From assembly GCA_030141605.1 (NCBI GenBank), contig JAQGDQ010000208.1, forward strand, positions 323,079-387,078: DNA of 64,000 nucleotides. The letters are read 5' to 3'. A program made the translations under genes and the position numbers. The first letter of the stretch is position 1; each line of letters begins with the position of its first letter. Below the pieces are notes generated by a model that searched no databases, was not told the origin of the DNA, and worked only from the letters and a program-made list of their open reading frames with translations. This document shows positions 1-13,462 of the stretch, piece after piece. Origin of the DNA: Tubiluchus corallicola (Eukaryota; Animalia; Priapulida).

Positions 1-405
1 TTTAGGCAAAAATTCTGGAAAAAAGTTTTTTCAGACGGACATTTTTAGAGGGTAGAGTACAACTTTTTTCAACTCAGTGCGGTACTGAAAACAAAATAAA
101 ACCAGTTAATGTGTTGTAGAAAAAGAGTACTGGTATATATTAAAGTGCGTACCTGCAAACCTGTAACAGGAAAAGAGAAAACGAGGAGATAATGCCTGTG
201 TCACGATGCTTGTATTGCTTACAACCGCTTCATAGTCGAACGCGACACGCAAAACAGTTGTAGAGCACTTATTTCTTTAAAATCATTAGTGTCACAATTT
301 ATGCATCTTATTGAAAAGACTTACTCCCATGTATAAGAGACCCCCTATTTTTAAAGTGAAAATTCTGAGCAAAAAAGGGTCTCTTATACACGGGAAAATA
401 CGGTA
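1..405. mobile_element. End of a pogo/Tigger-like DNA transposon or MITE (other end not found; left extent uncertain)
   Basis: Ends in ...CTCTTATACACGGGAAAATACGG followed by TA (404-405), resembling pogo/Tigger TIRs. Sub-terminal inverted pair TATAAGAGACCC (~332-343) / GGGTCTCTTATA (~377-388). Confidence 0.55.
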
Positions 406-717
406 GTTTACCAAAAATATGCAGTATTAGATCATAATTATGGCAAGGATCAGCTAAGTAGCTACTAAGTTACTAGCTTATTTTTTATCCAAGTTGCTAC
501 TTAGCTGTTAGTAAAAAACAAAATTATTTCATAAGCAGTTTACACAGTTCAAGATTTATATTAGCAAGTAGGAAAAAGATTCCCTACAAGCTAAAACATT
601 CAGAAGGTGATACAAAACTAATAATGACAAAATTATACAGTAATGTCAATTCGTCATGTACACTAATTCACTGAGCTTATGAAAATAACAACTTACAAAA
701 AATTACTGCAAACTCAC

Positions 718-954
718 CGGAATATCCCGCTAGTGTCGCTGCCTGAATGACCGGTTTTGGATCACCAATGATGCCGGTGTTGTTGTTCAGCATGTCCCGT
801 AATGGAGGATAGCCTCCGGGCCGATGCATACCTAAGCCATCCTGACACGGCCAGCCGTCGTTCAATGATGACGGCACTGTTTGGAATGGAGGTTCGTATG
901 GATGCTGGAATCGACTCTGGTGGTGGTCCACCATGTGCTGTGGATCACAAGTGC
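718..954 (-). CDS. ETS1/2: Ets1/2 coding exon immediately before the ETS domain (…GDPKPVIQAATLAGYS-G)
   Basis: tttcag acceptor, G|gtgagt donor, 237 nt, phase 1-1. The end matches the ETS1 segment KPVIPAAALAGYTG that precedes SGPIQLWQFLLELL. Confidence 0.92.
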
Positions 955-1023
955 CTGAAATACCGGAAGCGGTTAAGTTTCTGGTCCACAGAGACAGAAC
1001 GTGTGAAAACGGGGAAAGCTTAC

Positions 1024-1035
1024 CGACAGTTGATT
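1024..1035 (-). CDS. ETS1/2: Candidate 12-nt Ets1/2 microexon (E-S-T-V)
   Basis: ttgcag|AATCAACTGTCG|gtaagc, phase 1-1, frame-preserving. Followed by a 69-nt intron with a CTTAAC branch-like motif. Confidence 0.6.
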
Positions 1036-1426
1036 CTGCAAATTTGGAACATCTGTTATCAATGTAGGAACTTGTCCAACAACAATTTTTATTTACAAAT
1101 AAAACAAAGAAGTTACAGAAAGACGGAATTGAATTTGCTAGTCCAAAACACGAATGGTGGCCAAGAAGTGAATAACCTTTTACAAACTAGATAGGTATTG
1201 CCAAAACAGTAGTTCACTAAAAAGTGCATAAAACACTCTAAAGACATTCTGCAAAAGCATATTGTAAGATCTTCATAATACACAGCAATAGCTTAGCTTA
1301 TTGTGTTAATTCGACAATATTCAGATGTTCATTTGACAATACTCGTTGAAATTACATATTGAATGTGATTGAAGATCCTGCATAACAGCTAAAAACGAAA
1401 TCACTGTCAAATACATAAAGTCTTAC

Positions 1427-1666
1427 CACCGTAAGCTGGCGGTCGATGGTAACTAGGAGGTCTGTACTTTTGTTCCTGTTGCATCGTGTGATTCATTTGG
1501 CAGTAAAAGTCTGATGTTGGACTTCCGTCCATGTACCCATGAGGTGGCTGTGATCCTTCTAGGCCATGATATTCATTGTTGTCGTCATACCCTGGCATTG
1601 CCATCCCCAGCATTTCCTCCGAGTTGATTGCATTCAATGTGGGGACCTCCGATATGTGATAAGAGT
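1427..1666 (-). CDS. ETS1/2: Ets1/2 coding exon, putative activation region (SYHISEVPTLNAINSEEM…HRPPAYG)
   Basis: ttccag acceptor, G|gtaaga donor, 240 nt, phase 1-1, open and in frame with neighbouring exons. Confidence 0.88.
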
Positions 1667-2672
1667 CTGGAATAGCAATTAATTATTAGCATTACCCGGA
1701 AGTAAGGCATTTATAATTATAAATCTGGCTCGTTTGCATTTTAAAAAATTGCAACATAATACATTCTCACGAGTCTAGTTGCGATCATACGCCCACAATG
1801 AAATTTTTAACTAGTTTTGCAAAAATGCAAATTATTTCTTAAAGAGAGCATTAGAAACAAAGAATAAACCTATAAATAAAAGCTTAACACAAAATTTTGA
1901 CTTAATGTCTTACTTTCAAATATTCCAAATGCAGATCAAACAAAATGAAGAATTAGTCAGATGATGATGGAACAAACCCACAATTAATTAAATGTTGATA
2001 TAAAACTTAAAACAGAAAATGTGAAAAAGTTGGTATTTCAACCAGGGATTTTCTGTTTACAAGGCAGATGCCTTTGACCATACCAAAATTGAATTAAAAG
2101 TGGGCTTGTCCATCATTAATAATAATCGTAACATTAAAATATAACAATGAATTAGTGAATTATTTGCAAGTTGGAAACTAACACTCAGAAGCAGTGGCCT
2201 ACTGGTTGTGGCTGGACCACTCTAAAATAAAATACTTGACTGGCACAGCTATTAATATTAAGAACTGTTATGAGAACTGCAAATATTTGAATGACACTTG
2301 ATCTCTTTTGTTGAATTAATGCATATCTTTATAATACATTAATGACGCGTTTTTGTATTATAACAGTAAAACAGTACTACACTAGACACATGAAGAAATT
2401 GAATATCTCGATAATCAATAATTAGAATAGAACAGCTTAAATGTAATAATTAACAATCTCACAATAAAGAAAAAAAATTGATATGCACTTTTAGTACTTA
2501 TCTTCAGATAGAAAAGGAAGCGTGCAAAAAACATTGATTTTTCTTTAAATCATAACGAAAAGCAGTTACTATTAAATTGAAGCTTTTGTTTAGTTTGCTA
2601 AAATGCTACCCTTCTGTTAATTAAACAGGCAGACTTTCTATTAATTTATAAGCACCAGAGAACACCACTTAC

Positions 2673-2891
2673 TTTCAGGTAAATACGGAAGATGATGATT
2701 AGGTATGGATGACGATGTTGGGGGTAACCTATGATGATTCTCCGGATGTTGTGAATTGTCTTGTTGGCTTGGAGGCTGTTGGAAGAACTCGTTAAACTCG
2801 GGACCGTAGACCGACGACTCGTAAAAATTTGATGGCACATTTTCTAATGATGCCCTCTCCTTTTCTGTCTCAGAATAGGTGGAGTAATAAT
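2673..2891 (-). CDS. ETS1/2: Ets1/2 coding exon after the PNT domain (YYSTYSETEKERASLENVPSNFYESS…HLPYLPE)
   Basis: ttttgcag acceptor, A|gtaagt donor, 219 nt, phase 1-1, open frame. Confidence 0.88.
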
Positions 2892-3790
2892 CTGCAAAAA
2901 AGTAACCCAGTATTTTAGAAGTCGGCAGCTAAATCTGAGGAAAATGTATTAAAATTTCCCATAATGACAAATTCATAATCAGCTATTTTCATAACGACAA
3001 ATTAGAAAAAACAGAGATTACATATTCGCAAATTGTACAATGAAGTAGACAATACATAAAAAAAATACACATGCAGAGTGACGACTTTGCTTGAGTACTA
3101 GTTAGTTATAGTGATTTTCTTCACCGACTATACAAAATTAGGAAAAAAAATTAACAGAAATCGATAATAATTTGCATACTATGAAAGAGTTTGTTTACAC
3201 CAAACAAATCAAACTGGTGGTTAAATTTAAATCTGAACAGCATGCTCGCCATCACAACACAGACACTACTCAAAAAGTGATACGTTTGCTCCTCAAGTGA
3301 ATCTCTTCTGGCTGAAGAGGCAGCATTGGGCAAAATTAGCTGACAAAAATGCAGCCGAAACTGTGAAGATTTGTTTATCCACCTGTTGTCATGGATATTT
3401 CAAATTTACAAGGATGCTGCATAATATTTGGAAAGCTATCTATCATTAATAAGAGCAGCATGGTGCTTAGCACTTGTAATTGACTGTGCATGGTAATTGG
3501 TTCCTTGGATCGTGTATATATCAATGACGGCCCAGAAAAGAAGGTTATAGATTTCAATGCATGCAGTGCTGATGAGAGAACTATGCAAAAAGCTGGCACT
3601 ACACAAAACTGCAAGCAGATAGGATAGTTACAGATATAACAAACCACCAGCCCAGATCTGATCACAGTCACCAAATATCTTAAAAATGTATATAAGATGG
3701 TGTTTTGCTGGCGATTCGTGAATACAAGTAAGGCCATATTCACAATTCAAACTGAATGTCAAGGTTCAAGTAACAACTAACTGGCAGGGT

Positions 3791-3832
3791 CTTCCTGTCA
3801 GGTTAGGTGACCCTTCCTGTCAGGTTAGGTGA
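3791..3832. repeat. Short tandem duplication (CTTCCTGTCAGGTTAGGTGA x2, 22-bp period)
   Basis: Two exact 20-mers at 3791 and 3813. Confidence 0.85.
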
Positions 3833-4116
3833 AATTAAACAAGATCCCACCAATCTTCAAGGCCACAGTTGAAGTCACCCTGAAAAAATCAATGTCAAAG
3901 CTGATTTTGTCATTGTAGTCCTTCCCTCACTAGTGCCATGTTTGATCAATTTGACCCCAGTGATCATTCAGATGTAATGCAAAATGTTTGTTATCCAAAC
4001 CTACCGTCACTCAAGGTTAACACCAAGGTCAAATGCATCTCAGTGACTTCAACCCTGCCAGTCATGTGGTATGCACAATGTGTCAGTGACCTTACACCCT
4101 GCTAGTAATTCTTTGC

Positions 4117-4120
4117 TATA

Positions 4121-4152
<32 letters not shown>
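4117..4152. repeat. (TA)n microsatellite
   Basis: Read directly from sequence. Confidence 0.9.
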
Positions 4153-4177
4153 CAATCTCAAAAAAGTTCATTCTCAC

Positions 4178-4378
4178 CTCTCTGAAGCATTTCCAGATGT
4201 TCAAGAAGGATGTCGCCTACAAATGGTGGCATGCGACTTAGGAATGCCTCCTTGTGTATGCTACAGAGGATGCTGCCCCGCATGGCAAAAGCGGACGGAT
4301 TGATGCCCTCCAATGAAAACTCTCGTATAGCCCATTGTAGCCACTGCTGAACTTGTAATTCGCTCCATTGACGGGGAT
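4178..4378 (-). CDS. ETS1/2: Ets1/2 Pointed (PNT/SAM) domain exon: DPRQWSELQVQQWLQWAIREFSLEGINPSAFAMRGSILCSIHKEAFLSRMPPFVGDILLEHLEMLQR
   Basis: Hand translation (absent from ORF track). ttcag and gtgag boundaries, 201 nt, phase 1-1. Aligns to the ETS1 PNT domain (DPRQWT…WAVNEFSLKG…FVGDILWEHLEILQK). Confidence 0.97.
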
Positions 4379-6689
4379 CTGAAATATAATGTTATTTTAG
4401 CAGGGAAGGGAAACAAATAATTTATTAATAAAATGTTCTATTTAACAACATTAATAATCCAGTAAATAATTACACTAAAGTAGTAATAAATTAGTCAGTC
4501 TGAAAAATTTTACTTTTACACTATGACTTGACCCGAAGACTTTCTGTGTTCTTGGCAGCAATGCAAACGAATTATTTTATTTGTTCAAATGGACAAGGTG
4601 CAGTTTAAAATGCTGAAATTTTTCATAATGAAATTAGTTTAACTCTCACGCTAAACATTGAAAATCTAATTTTTTAATGCCTTGAAGTACTGAATTTTTT
4701 TGTATTTCTATCAACGGGTAAACGTATGCCATGAATTCTGATTGTTAGTAGTAAAAAAGTGATGAAACTGTGATTTGCTAAGGATCCCTGCCTCGGTAAA
4801 GTCGTCAAAATAAAAAAATAACGTAATAACGGGGGGGGGTGTATATTGCACAACTTTCGCCAAATGCACATAATAGTAAGGAGCAGTCATTACTAACTTT
4901 GGTTTCTGTTCTGTGTAATACGAGTACTTGCCAGAACTCGGCATTTAAACAGGACACACATTTAGTATTGTCCTTTTATCAAGCCTGTCATATCTGCGCT
5001 TCTGCCCTGAAACAGTTAAGGTCCGTTCACATTTATCAGACATCAGCAATAATTGAGCCAATATGAGTGAAATTACTTGTATATATTTTCACAAACACGA
5101 CAGAATGCACGCAAGCTGTTTTTACCGCTTACTGTCCGCTCGTATACGATTTGTCTGACGAAGACTAATCACCAATGAGCTGCGTAAATGTGAACGAGGG
5201 AAAGGAGACCGTTCAAGTTTTTTTTTATTCGAGACCCTTTCTTAGGCTTCATAAACTAATATATTTCAGTAAGAAGCCGCTAAAGAATGCGTTTCTGCTG
5301 AAGCGCAAGCTTATACCCAATTTTAGTATTGAAGCCTTCTTGGGGTCTCAAAAAGTGTAGTTTCACATAAAATAGCAAATAAATATAAAATGAAAAGATA
5401 AAATACAAACAAAAGAGCCCGAAGTTTGTATTCAATTATTTATTTACGTGCATTTTTAACTTACCATTCACTACAGAAAACCCTTAAAGCAGCAGAAATA
5501 AAAAATAAATTTTCATTAACTTACGCAGTTACACTTACAGGTTGGAAGCACCTATGTTTTTCACCTCTTAGCAATACATTATCACGTAATTTTAATTTTA
5601 GAGCCAAAATGTTTGTTTTATAATTTTTGCGCATGTAGATGCATATAAGAGCTAAAAAGCTAAAAGCTAATTTGTATGCGCTACTAATTAACAACAGGAA
5701 TTAATGTTGCTTAATTACTTTTGACGTATAAGCCGATTGTCGGTGGCATTTCTAGAAGATTTTGGTTCTTGGACATAATAAGCTTAACTTGAGCAGAATT
5801 TAATTAACTCAATATCTCATTTTTCTATTCGCTAAACAAAGCATTTACAACACGACAAACTTGGGAATTTCACAGCCTTGACATTTCTGTTGGTTTAGAA
5901 ATTAAAAAAAAAATTATTCCTAGTTTAAATAAAGCTATAGCAATGAATTAGATATAAGGAACAACATAAAGATTATACAACTATAGGTTACAAACGTGCT
6001 TAGCTGGAATTAGAAAAAAATATTCTATTACACAAGCATTAAAAGCGAACAAGTTCGAATCTGTCTTTTGTTTTTTTGTGTGCATTTTTACCATTACTAA
6101 TTGTTTCTCAGGCTATTTACATTATTTGGTTTTAATCAGTAACCACGTAAGAGTACCACTATTACTGTAACAATTTAATACTAAAATACCACTGTTTCTG
6201 AAACAGTTACTGATCAGACATTCATTATACTTTTGGAATTCGTGCGTTGGAGCTTTAGTACAATAAGAAAATTTGGAAATTTCTTTTTGCAACTATTATC
6301 AATAACATTAGCTGCTAATTTAATGAAATAGGTATCAGTGCTATTGCAGTATAGCACAACAAGGTCCTGTAAAACTGTATGATTGCAGGAAAAATCAATA
6401 CAATTACGTTAACACTTAAAACTAACCATTGACCACCAGAATATAAAAATCACATTGCTAAGGATAATTTATACGTTTTTGTATTTATGCTAATCATGCT
6501 GCAGGATTAATGGAACAAAAATATTATAATTAACGCTTTTCTGATTTTCCCATAATATCGTCAGACGAGCAAAAATGAAAAGAAACAAAACAACACGATA
6601 AAATTTTATAAACGTGACACATGGCAGTGCACGTTAACAGAACAAATTCCTGGCTATAAGTTACGATACTAAATGCAATTAAGTTTCAC

Positions 6690-6806
6690 CTTTTGGAATG
6701 TTGAGACGATCTCTTTCCTTGTCAAAACTAGCAAAGCTAGCAGTAAGAGCCTGAGACATCTTCTGATTGGTCCCAGGCGTGAGAGGTGGAACCTGGCTAG
6801 GCAGAT
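6690..6806 (-). CDS. ETS1/2: Ets1/2 exon with MAPK phospho-acceptor: LPSQVPPLTPGTNQKMSQALTASFASFDKERDRLNIPK
   Basis: gcag and gtgaaa boundaries, 117 nt, phase 1-1. PLTP corresponds to the ETS1 Thr38 / Pointed-P2 site; MSQAL.ASF..F.KE..RL.IPKD is conserved. Confidence 0.96.
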
Positions 6807-7411
6807 CTGCAAGAAATAGAGACAGTTTAGGACTCGAACTAACAACCGTCTCGACTCTTAAGACAAGTCAACATTCATTATTCAATAATTAAAAGTCTCA
6901 TAAAAGACCTAAAAATTCTAAAATTTTGAGGAAATCTCGTAAAATGTATCCATGGGTTTACAGTTTGCACAAACATCGGGCACACCAAGTTTTCATACTA
7001 CACTAAAAAGTGATTTCTGAAAACTCGCCAAATTCAAATTCAAAAATTCAATTTAAAAAATTATCAAATCTATTTTGTTTTAGAAAAAAAGAAAAACACG
7101 TAGCTTAAAGTATGCCAAAGGACCTATACAGCCTTTTTATAGGCCATGAATTATTTAAATTTCCATGTCGTATTGTCAGGCGCAACTTTATTCAATATTA
7201 CATACAAAACTTTCATAAACTTGTATTACTAAAAAACAAAACAAAATACATTATTTGCTGAAAAAAATAAGTTAGGTGTACAATACAAAGAGCAATAAGA
7301 GCAGCAAAATATATTAATATATGCGTATACATACAGCAACATCTTATTTACAACAATGACGGCGAGTGGCGAACATCAGATAAAAAAATTATTTGAGCAA
7401 CAAAAACTTAC

Positions 7412-7484
7412 TGGATTTTGTAGTTGCACTGCTGTTATTTGAGTTCTGTACGATGACCATGCTACCCGAGTTTTTATCACTCAT
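7412..7484 (-). CDS. ETS1/2: Candidate alternative first coding exon A (MSDKNSGSMVIVQNSNNSSATTKS)
   Basis: 24 codons from ATG plus 1 nt, then gtaagt (phase 1, compatible with exon 6806). CpG-richer region upstream at ~7800-7970. Confidence 0.5.
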
Positions 7485-9790
7485 TAACAGCACTACTGGA
7501 CTTATTTGCAGACGTGTATATGATTCAAAATTCGTGTCAATAGAGCAGTATAATAACTTTTATTATTTACGTGTTAAATTCAATGTTTATTGCGCACTGC
7601 GGCTGAAAATGTGTGTATATTCACCAGAAAAGTAATCCAAAATGTCAAAAATAGGTTCATTAATGTATCTAGTAGCTCCAGCAAAAGTTTTTGTTACAAA
7701 CGTGTCACATGATCACATGCACAAGATTGGAATGAGACACACACCAACCTAGAAGTAAGATTGCTCCTGATTCAAAGATTAATTTTCATCAACACTTATT
7801 TCGTGACACGTGCTTGAAACTCGGGGAAGTTTTCCCAATCTTTCGGGAATAACTGTTCTTTGGGAACGTCAATGATACTATAAGATCGTCAGTTTTTCGC
7901 TTCGTAAAAGACGCGTTTATACAATCCATGGCGGGACGCGTGTATGGCAGGTTATACGCGCGTGTCGAAACATTAACTTGTTTCTCACATCGCACAAGTT
8001 TCAATCGAGTTTACAAAATGGGATCCCGCATTCAACTTACAATTTTTAAAAATAGGGCTCAATAAAAGTGAAGCACACACACGATTTCAGTCGTCACTAA
8101 AACTGTATTTTACTGTTAAATGAAATTTCCAGAAGTCAGAGCAGTATTAACTACGAGTAAGTTGCTCCATCACAAGAACACAAGTAAAAGAACTGCAGAA
8201 ATTCGTATTATGTTAATTAATGTTGCACAAAATTATCCAGCTGCGATGTTAATAGCGTTCATATCATGCGCAACACAAACTACACACATCTCTCTCACAC
8301 AACCACAAGCTCCTGCGCAAATAACTCATGAATATAGATCACACTGATGACAATTTCAGAATCCCCGAATGCGTGCATGGGTGCGTGCTACTCTACACAC
8401 ATTAATTCGTATAGCGGTTCACAATTTCACATCCTGTGTACATACATCAGTGGTCAACCAGCATCATATTGTTTCTGTGCATCCAGAGAAGGCTAGCATA
8501 CGTGCCGATGACTTAAAAAATCGAGCGTAGTTCCTCTCCCTCACAGATGAGCAACATGGTATGACAATTGTCGCTTATCCATAAGTCCATTATACACATA
8601 CTGATAGTGTGAAATTTCCTAATCTGATTGAAAGGAATGAGTATTGAGATTTAGCAAATATGCGAAAGCCAAAAACCATAGGTAGTTAGAGTTTATCCTA
8701 AAATGTTATCTATTCTGTTCTAGTTTTATAAAAGCAAATAAACTCATATTTTACTTAACGTGTACAATTTTAAATGTTATCTTGCACAGAGAATAGACTT
8801 ATGCATGCAATTGTTATTAAATCTATATCAACGGTTACACTTCAGTTGGCATTTATCAATCAAACGCTTTACATTATATTAGTTGCAATTTTTAGGCTTA
8901 AGTGTAATGTATTTTCACTTTTCAGTAAGAAATTAAACCTACATTTAACTAAAATAATGCAGAAACCGAGCGTGCGCCTTGAAAATTTACAGCAGCGTTC
9001 TAAGTTCCATAAAATAATCGAACAATTTTTTAACTGCCTAGCAACTACCACTTAAAGTAAAAATTTACATAACCCTTTGATTATCCTACTAGTTTAACCA
9101 CATATAACAGGCGAAATTACGTTAAGAAATTATGTCACGTATTACCCCTATTGAATTACCATGCAGATCTTGCATTTTATGTATTAATAATAAACAAAAG
9201 AAAGGAATTCAACTTCAGTTGTAATGAAACAAAATACAGGTTTAACCTTAATTTATTTATTAGTTTTATTTTTCACAATTCTACTACAGGAACCCAGATA
9301 AGCACAGCCAAAAGAAGCTGACAAAACTAATTAGTCAAAAACGTTTGGGAAAAGTCGGCGGAATCGATGCGTTTGTAAACTTTGCAAAATAAGTTTATAC
9401 AAAATTATCAGATTTTAAGTGATATTAGGAAACTGGTATCACATGCATGGGAGGATTAACAAAGGCAGAGAGAAATTAAGCATAGTTCCTGTGCGCAATT
9501 ATTGGAAAAAACAGCGCAGAACTGCACTAATATATTAAAACCTCATCAACCGCCGTTGTAATAATAATATGGAGCTACTGAAATGAGAAGTATGATTAGA
9601 AATAGTTTGTACTGATGGCTGCTAATTTAGTAATTCAATAGGAAATAATGTAACATATAATATAATAATATAACAACCTTATTTATATTACGTGCAGTAC
9701 GTTTTCATTGAGCAAACAAAAACGACATCAGCATATTGCTTAACGATTACAATAATTAAAATTTATAGACATGCACGAGCAATAAATGAA

Positions 9791-9883
9791 GGCCGCAGTA
9801 TTATTAGATGTTGAAGCAGTTTTGAAGGCGAAAGGTTCCTGGTTCAAATCCAGGCTCTGTCCCAACGTTTTCACCTTTAACAC

Positions 9884-9936
<53 letters not shown>
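9791..9936 (+). mobile_element. tRNA-derived SINE-like element with (AAT)n tail
   Basis: Pol III B-box GGTTCAAATCC at 9841-9851 within a T-arm-like stem (cctgg…ccagg), followed by (AAT)n at 9885-9936. Confidence 0.6.
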
Positions 9937-12900
9937 CTCAAAATTAAGATCACGAATAAGTAATAAACGGGTAAACACAAACAGTAACACAAAGAAAAAC
10001 TCAAATTTCAAAGTTAGTAATGGATGTTACCGTTCGCATGGTTCGCTAATAAAAGTTCGCATGGGACAAAAACAATGAATTATTTCGAAGTGACATCTTC
10101 GCAAACATCTTTATAACAATATAAAACTGAATTTTTGAAAAAAATGTTAAACCTAAATTTTTACAACACAGCAAATCCACAAATGCGAAAACGAAAGTAG
10201 TGTTGTATTGGTAACTTAACCAATTTAAAAATTTGATGTCAGTCAGACATTTACTATAGTTTAAAGCACTGCAAGTTATTTGAACATAGTTAACAGTTGG
10301 CTTAACGCACAGCAGCAAAGCAAAAGCATAAAAAATCTATATTAAATTTTACTGGTTTATAAACTGCCAAACGGTGATTTTTTTCAGCCCAAAATCAGTA
10401 GTTTGAAAAAAAAACTAAAAAATTCTTTAAACACTCCTTAGGCTTTCCAAATTTTTTTACCAAATTAAAAGAAACAGAGATTAGTCAGAATAGTGTTTTG
10501 CCCAAGTGCCCAAGTTGAAAACATCATTATTTTTTGCTAGTCTGATGAACCTGGTTTCCCAGGGACATATGTAATCATGAGTGTCCCTGTTTTTGCTGCA
10601 CTCCCACAAAGCACCTTATAGATACTATTAAGTGAAAGCTGCCTGTTATTAATGGAACCTTGGTTAACATATATTTACCTTTGTCTTATGGCTATCGAAT
10701 GCATTAATGATGAATCATTAAAGGCACAGATAACCCCCAAGTGAATGAACTTGAAAGTTTTTCTACAATTTTCAATGAATGCCCATAAGTTGATGAGTCA
10801 TGTACAATTTATGGATTTAACTTTAATCATAAATAACGCATGCAGAAAGACGCAATCAATGATTGATAATATTTCCAACTTTGTGTTAATTATACATTTT
10901 CTTAATGCGTATACGGGCCGTATACAACATGAACAAGTGGCCATACATTAAACTGCATTTAAAACATTCCTACACGATACAACGCATTTTTTGAATTTGT
11001 AGATTCATATACATTGCTAGTGCATATAACTTAATGAATATGCCGGCACACGTATAAATTACGTAGATGTGTTAAAACAGATCGCTGAAACACGAACTGT
11101 GAACCGAACTGAATTATCTTAAATATTTATTTACGTACTTCAGGGAATCAGAAATAAAGAACTACAATAAAGCTTATTTTTATTTTAACAGAAGATTTTA
11201 CTAAAGAATCATTGAAGATCAAGCGCCAATATTTTGTAAATTTGATAGATCGTAGCTATACATACGCATATGTACAAGTATAAAACAAAGACACAATTCT
11301 TTCAGACAACAGAAACACCAACTATAAAGTCTGGTTCACATTTTTGATACATAATTTACCAAACAATTTACAATAATTTACCAAGTGGCGTGTTTATATA
11401 TCAAACAATACAAAAATATTCCGGTAAAACATGGATTGCTGCAGAAAAGCTATGTTTAGGGACAGACTGTAGCACGTTTATCTATGGAGAATAAAAGTTA
11501 TGTTCATGTTAATTTTCATTTTAATTATTTACGATTTTGGTATTATTGTTATACTGACCCTAGACGATAGTCTCATGAGAAACTCTTTAGCGAGCTGTGG
11601 AAAAACCCGAAACAAGCGTAATTCTCCCGCTGAAAAACTTGCTCTTTAAACTCAGCAAAAACAAACAGCAGCCCGTAAAACATGTGTAATGGAGTTGTAA
11701 CAAATAGTAATTCGCGTGGGAGACTTGTTTACCCATAGTAAACACTGTGCCGATAGAGTTTCCAACTAGCTTATTGGTGGTTATATTAAAATAAAGGAGT
11801 GCATTTGTGTGTACTTATAGGTTATCAAGTCTATACTGATAGACACTACAGATATGTCATATCATACGGTTATTATATAAGCTTAGTGAAAAATCATCAG
11901 AATAAATGAAGAAATGTTAAACGTTTCCCAAGTTTCTGCCATCTTCGTTTTTTAAACCCGCTTTACGGATATTATTACAAACTTTGCAAGTAAAAATTGT
12001 AGAATTTAATCATAATGTAAAACAGGATAATCAACAAATTTTCGAAGTAAAATAAACTTCATGTGCTAATGGTAAGCGCATGAAGAGACTGAAAAAGTAC
12101 ATTATTAATGTTAGTATTACTAACACTTCTAACTGTTTTTTACGTCGTAATTTTATTTTTAAGACGTCATGATTTGAAATAAAATCCAGTCTTAATTTTG
12201 CATGTATTGAGTGAGAATAAAGAATATATTTTGCGTTCGCTGGGCTGATTTATTTACGGATTTTTTCCTTATAAAATGTGCGTTTATATATTTGAAAAAA
12301 AACGAATTACTGTAATATGCTATTTTTTCTTAACTGCGTCCCTAGAAAAATATATACAAGTATACAACATGTAGGCCTACCCCGGGCACAGACGGTGAAA
12401 AACCATGCATCATTCCTTTGTCAACATGAGCAAATGCATTTTTGAGAACTGACTATACTCAAAAGAAACACTGCTTGAATGTAAAGTTGCAAATCTTCTG
12501 TAATTACATCTCTTATGTTTTGGCAAATTTATTTCCAGTAACGTAAGTCACTATTAACAGTATTTACTTGTTAATATAAAATGTTTAGAGTTTTAAAGGA
12601 GGTGATTGCTTTTTAAGGAGCAATAGAATTTAAATCCTTTATGACTAAAGTTGTTTTGCAAGGTAATCTTTTTGCACTTCTTTGACAATATTGTCAAATT
12701 TCTATTATTGCTGTGAGATATAAAGATGACACGAACTTGTAAAGCATCAAAAGATGACTTCTCAAATAATTTTGGGTGATACTGTTTCCCACCCGGTTAA
12801 GACTAAATCTTGTTTAATTATACATCTAAATCGTTGCATTACGCTTAATATGATAACATTGTAACAAAAATGGCAGCCTCATAAACAACAGTGCAATTCG

Positions 12901-13462
12901 TAAGAAAGGCAAACAAAAATAAACCCATCTAAAGCGTTGTACTTATATAAGAAAAGCCATAATATTAGTTAATCAGAGCACGATTTGCATGCGTTAAAAT
13001 TAAGATATGAATTGATTTTTAAGTGCGTACAATAAACACGAGAAAAATAAGATTTAATGAATAAAAAGTTAAGCCTACTTTTAAACTGACAACGAACTGA
13101 CAGAAAAATAAACCATTAATAAAATAATAATAACGGGCATATATGTTATATAAAGAATATGGATGAAAGGCTTGTGGACAGTTTATCAAAATGTCATAGA
13201 TGAAGAAAATTGTACCAGTGAAAATACTGTAGACCGGAAACATTGCTGTACCGGAATTGTGTTTATACCTGGCTAATATGAAACAAATATCAACACAATT
13301 GCAAAAGGAAACAGGCATTTTTCATCACTTCTATGCATGAGTGTGTATCAAATAAAAGCAAGCGACACACTGATGTATATAAAATAAAATCCACAAAATA
13401 CGAGCGGAAGTACAGCAGTACTGTACAGGAAATGCAGAAGAGGAAAAGATTACAACACTTAC

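Noticed and set aside
802-1194. 130-aa plus-strand ORF
   Set aside because: Antisense shadow of the Ets1/2 exon; no recognisable protein features.
9791-9870. Functional tRNA gene
   Set aside because: B-box and T-arm only; no convincing cloverleaf, and the (AAT)n tail points to a SINE.
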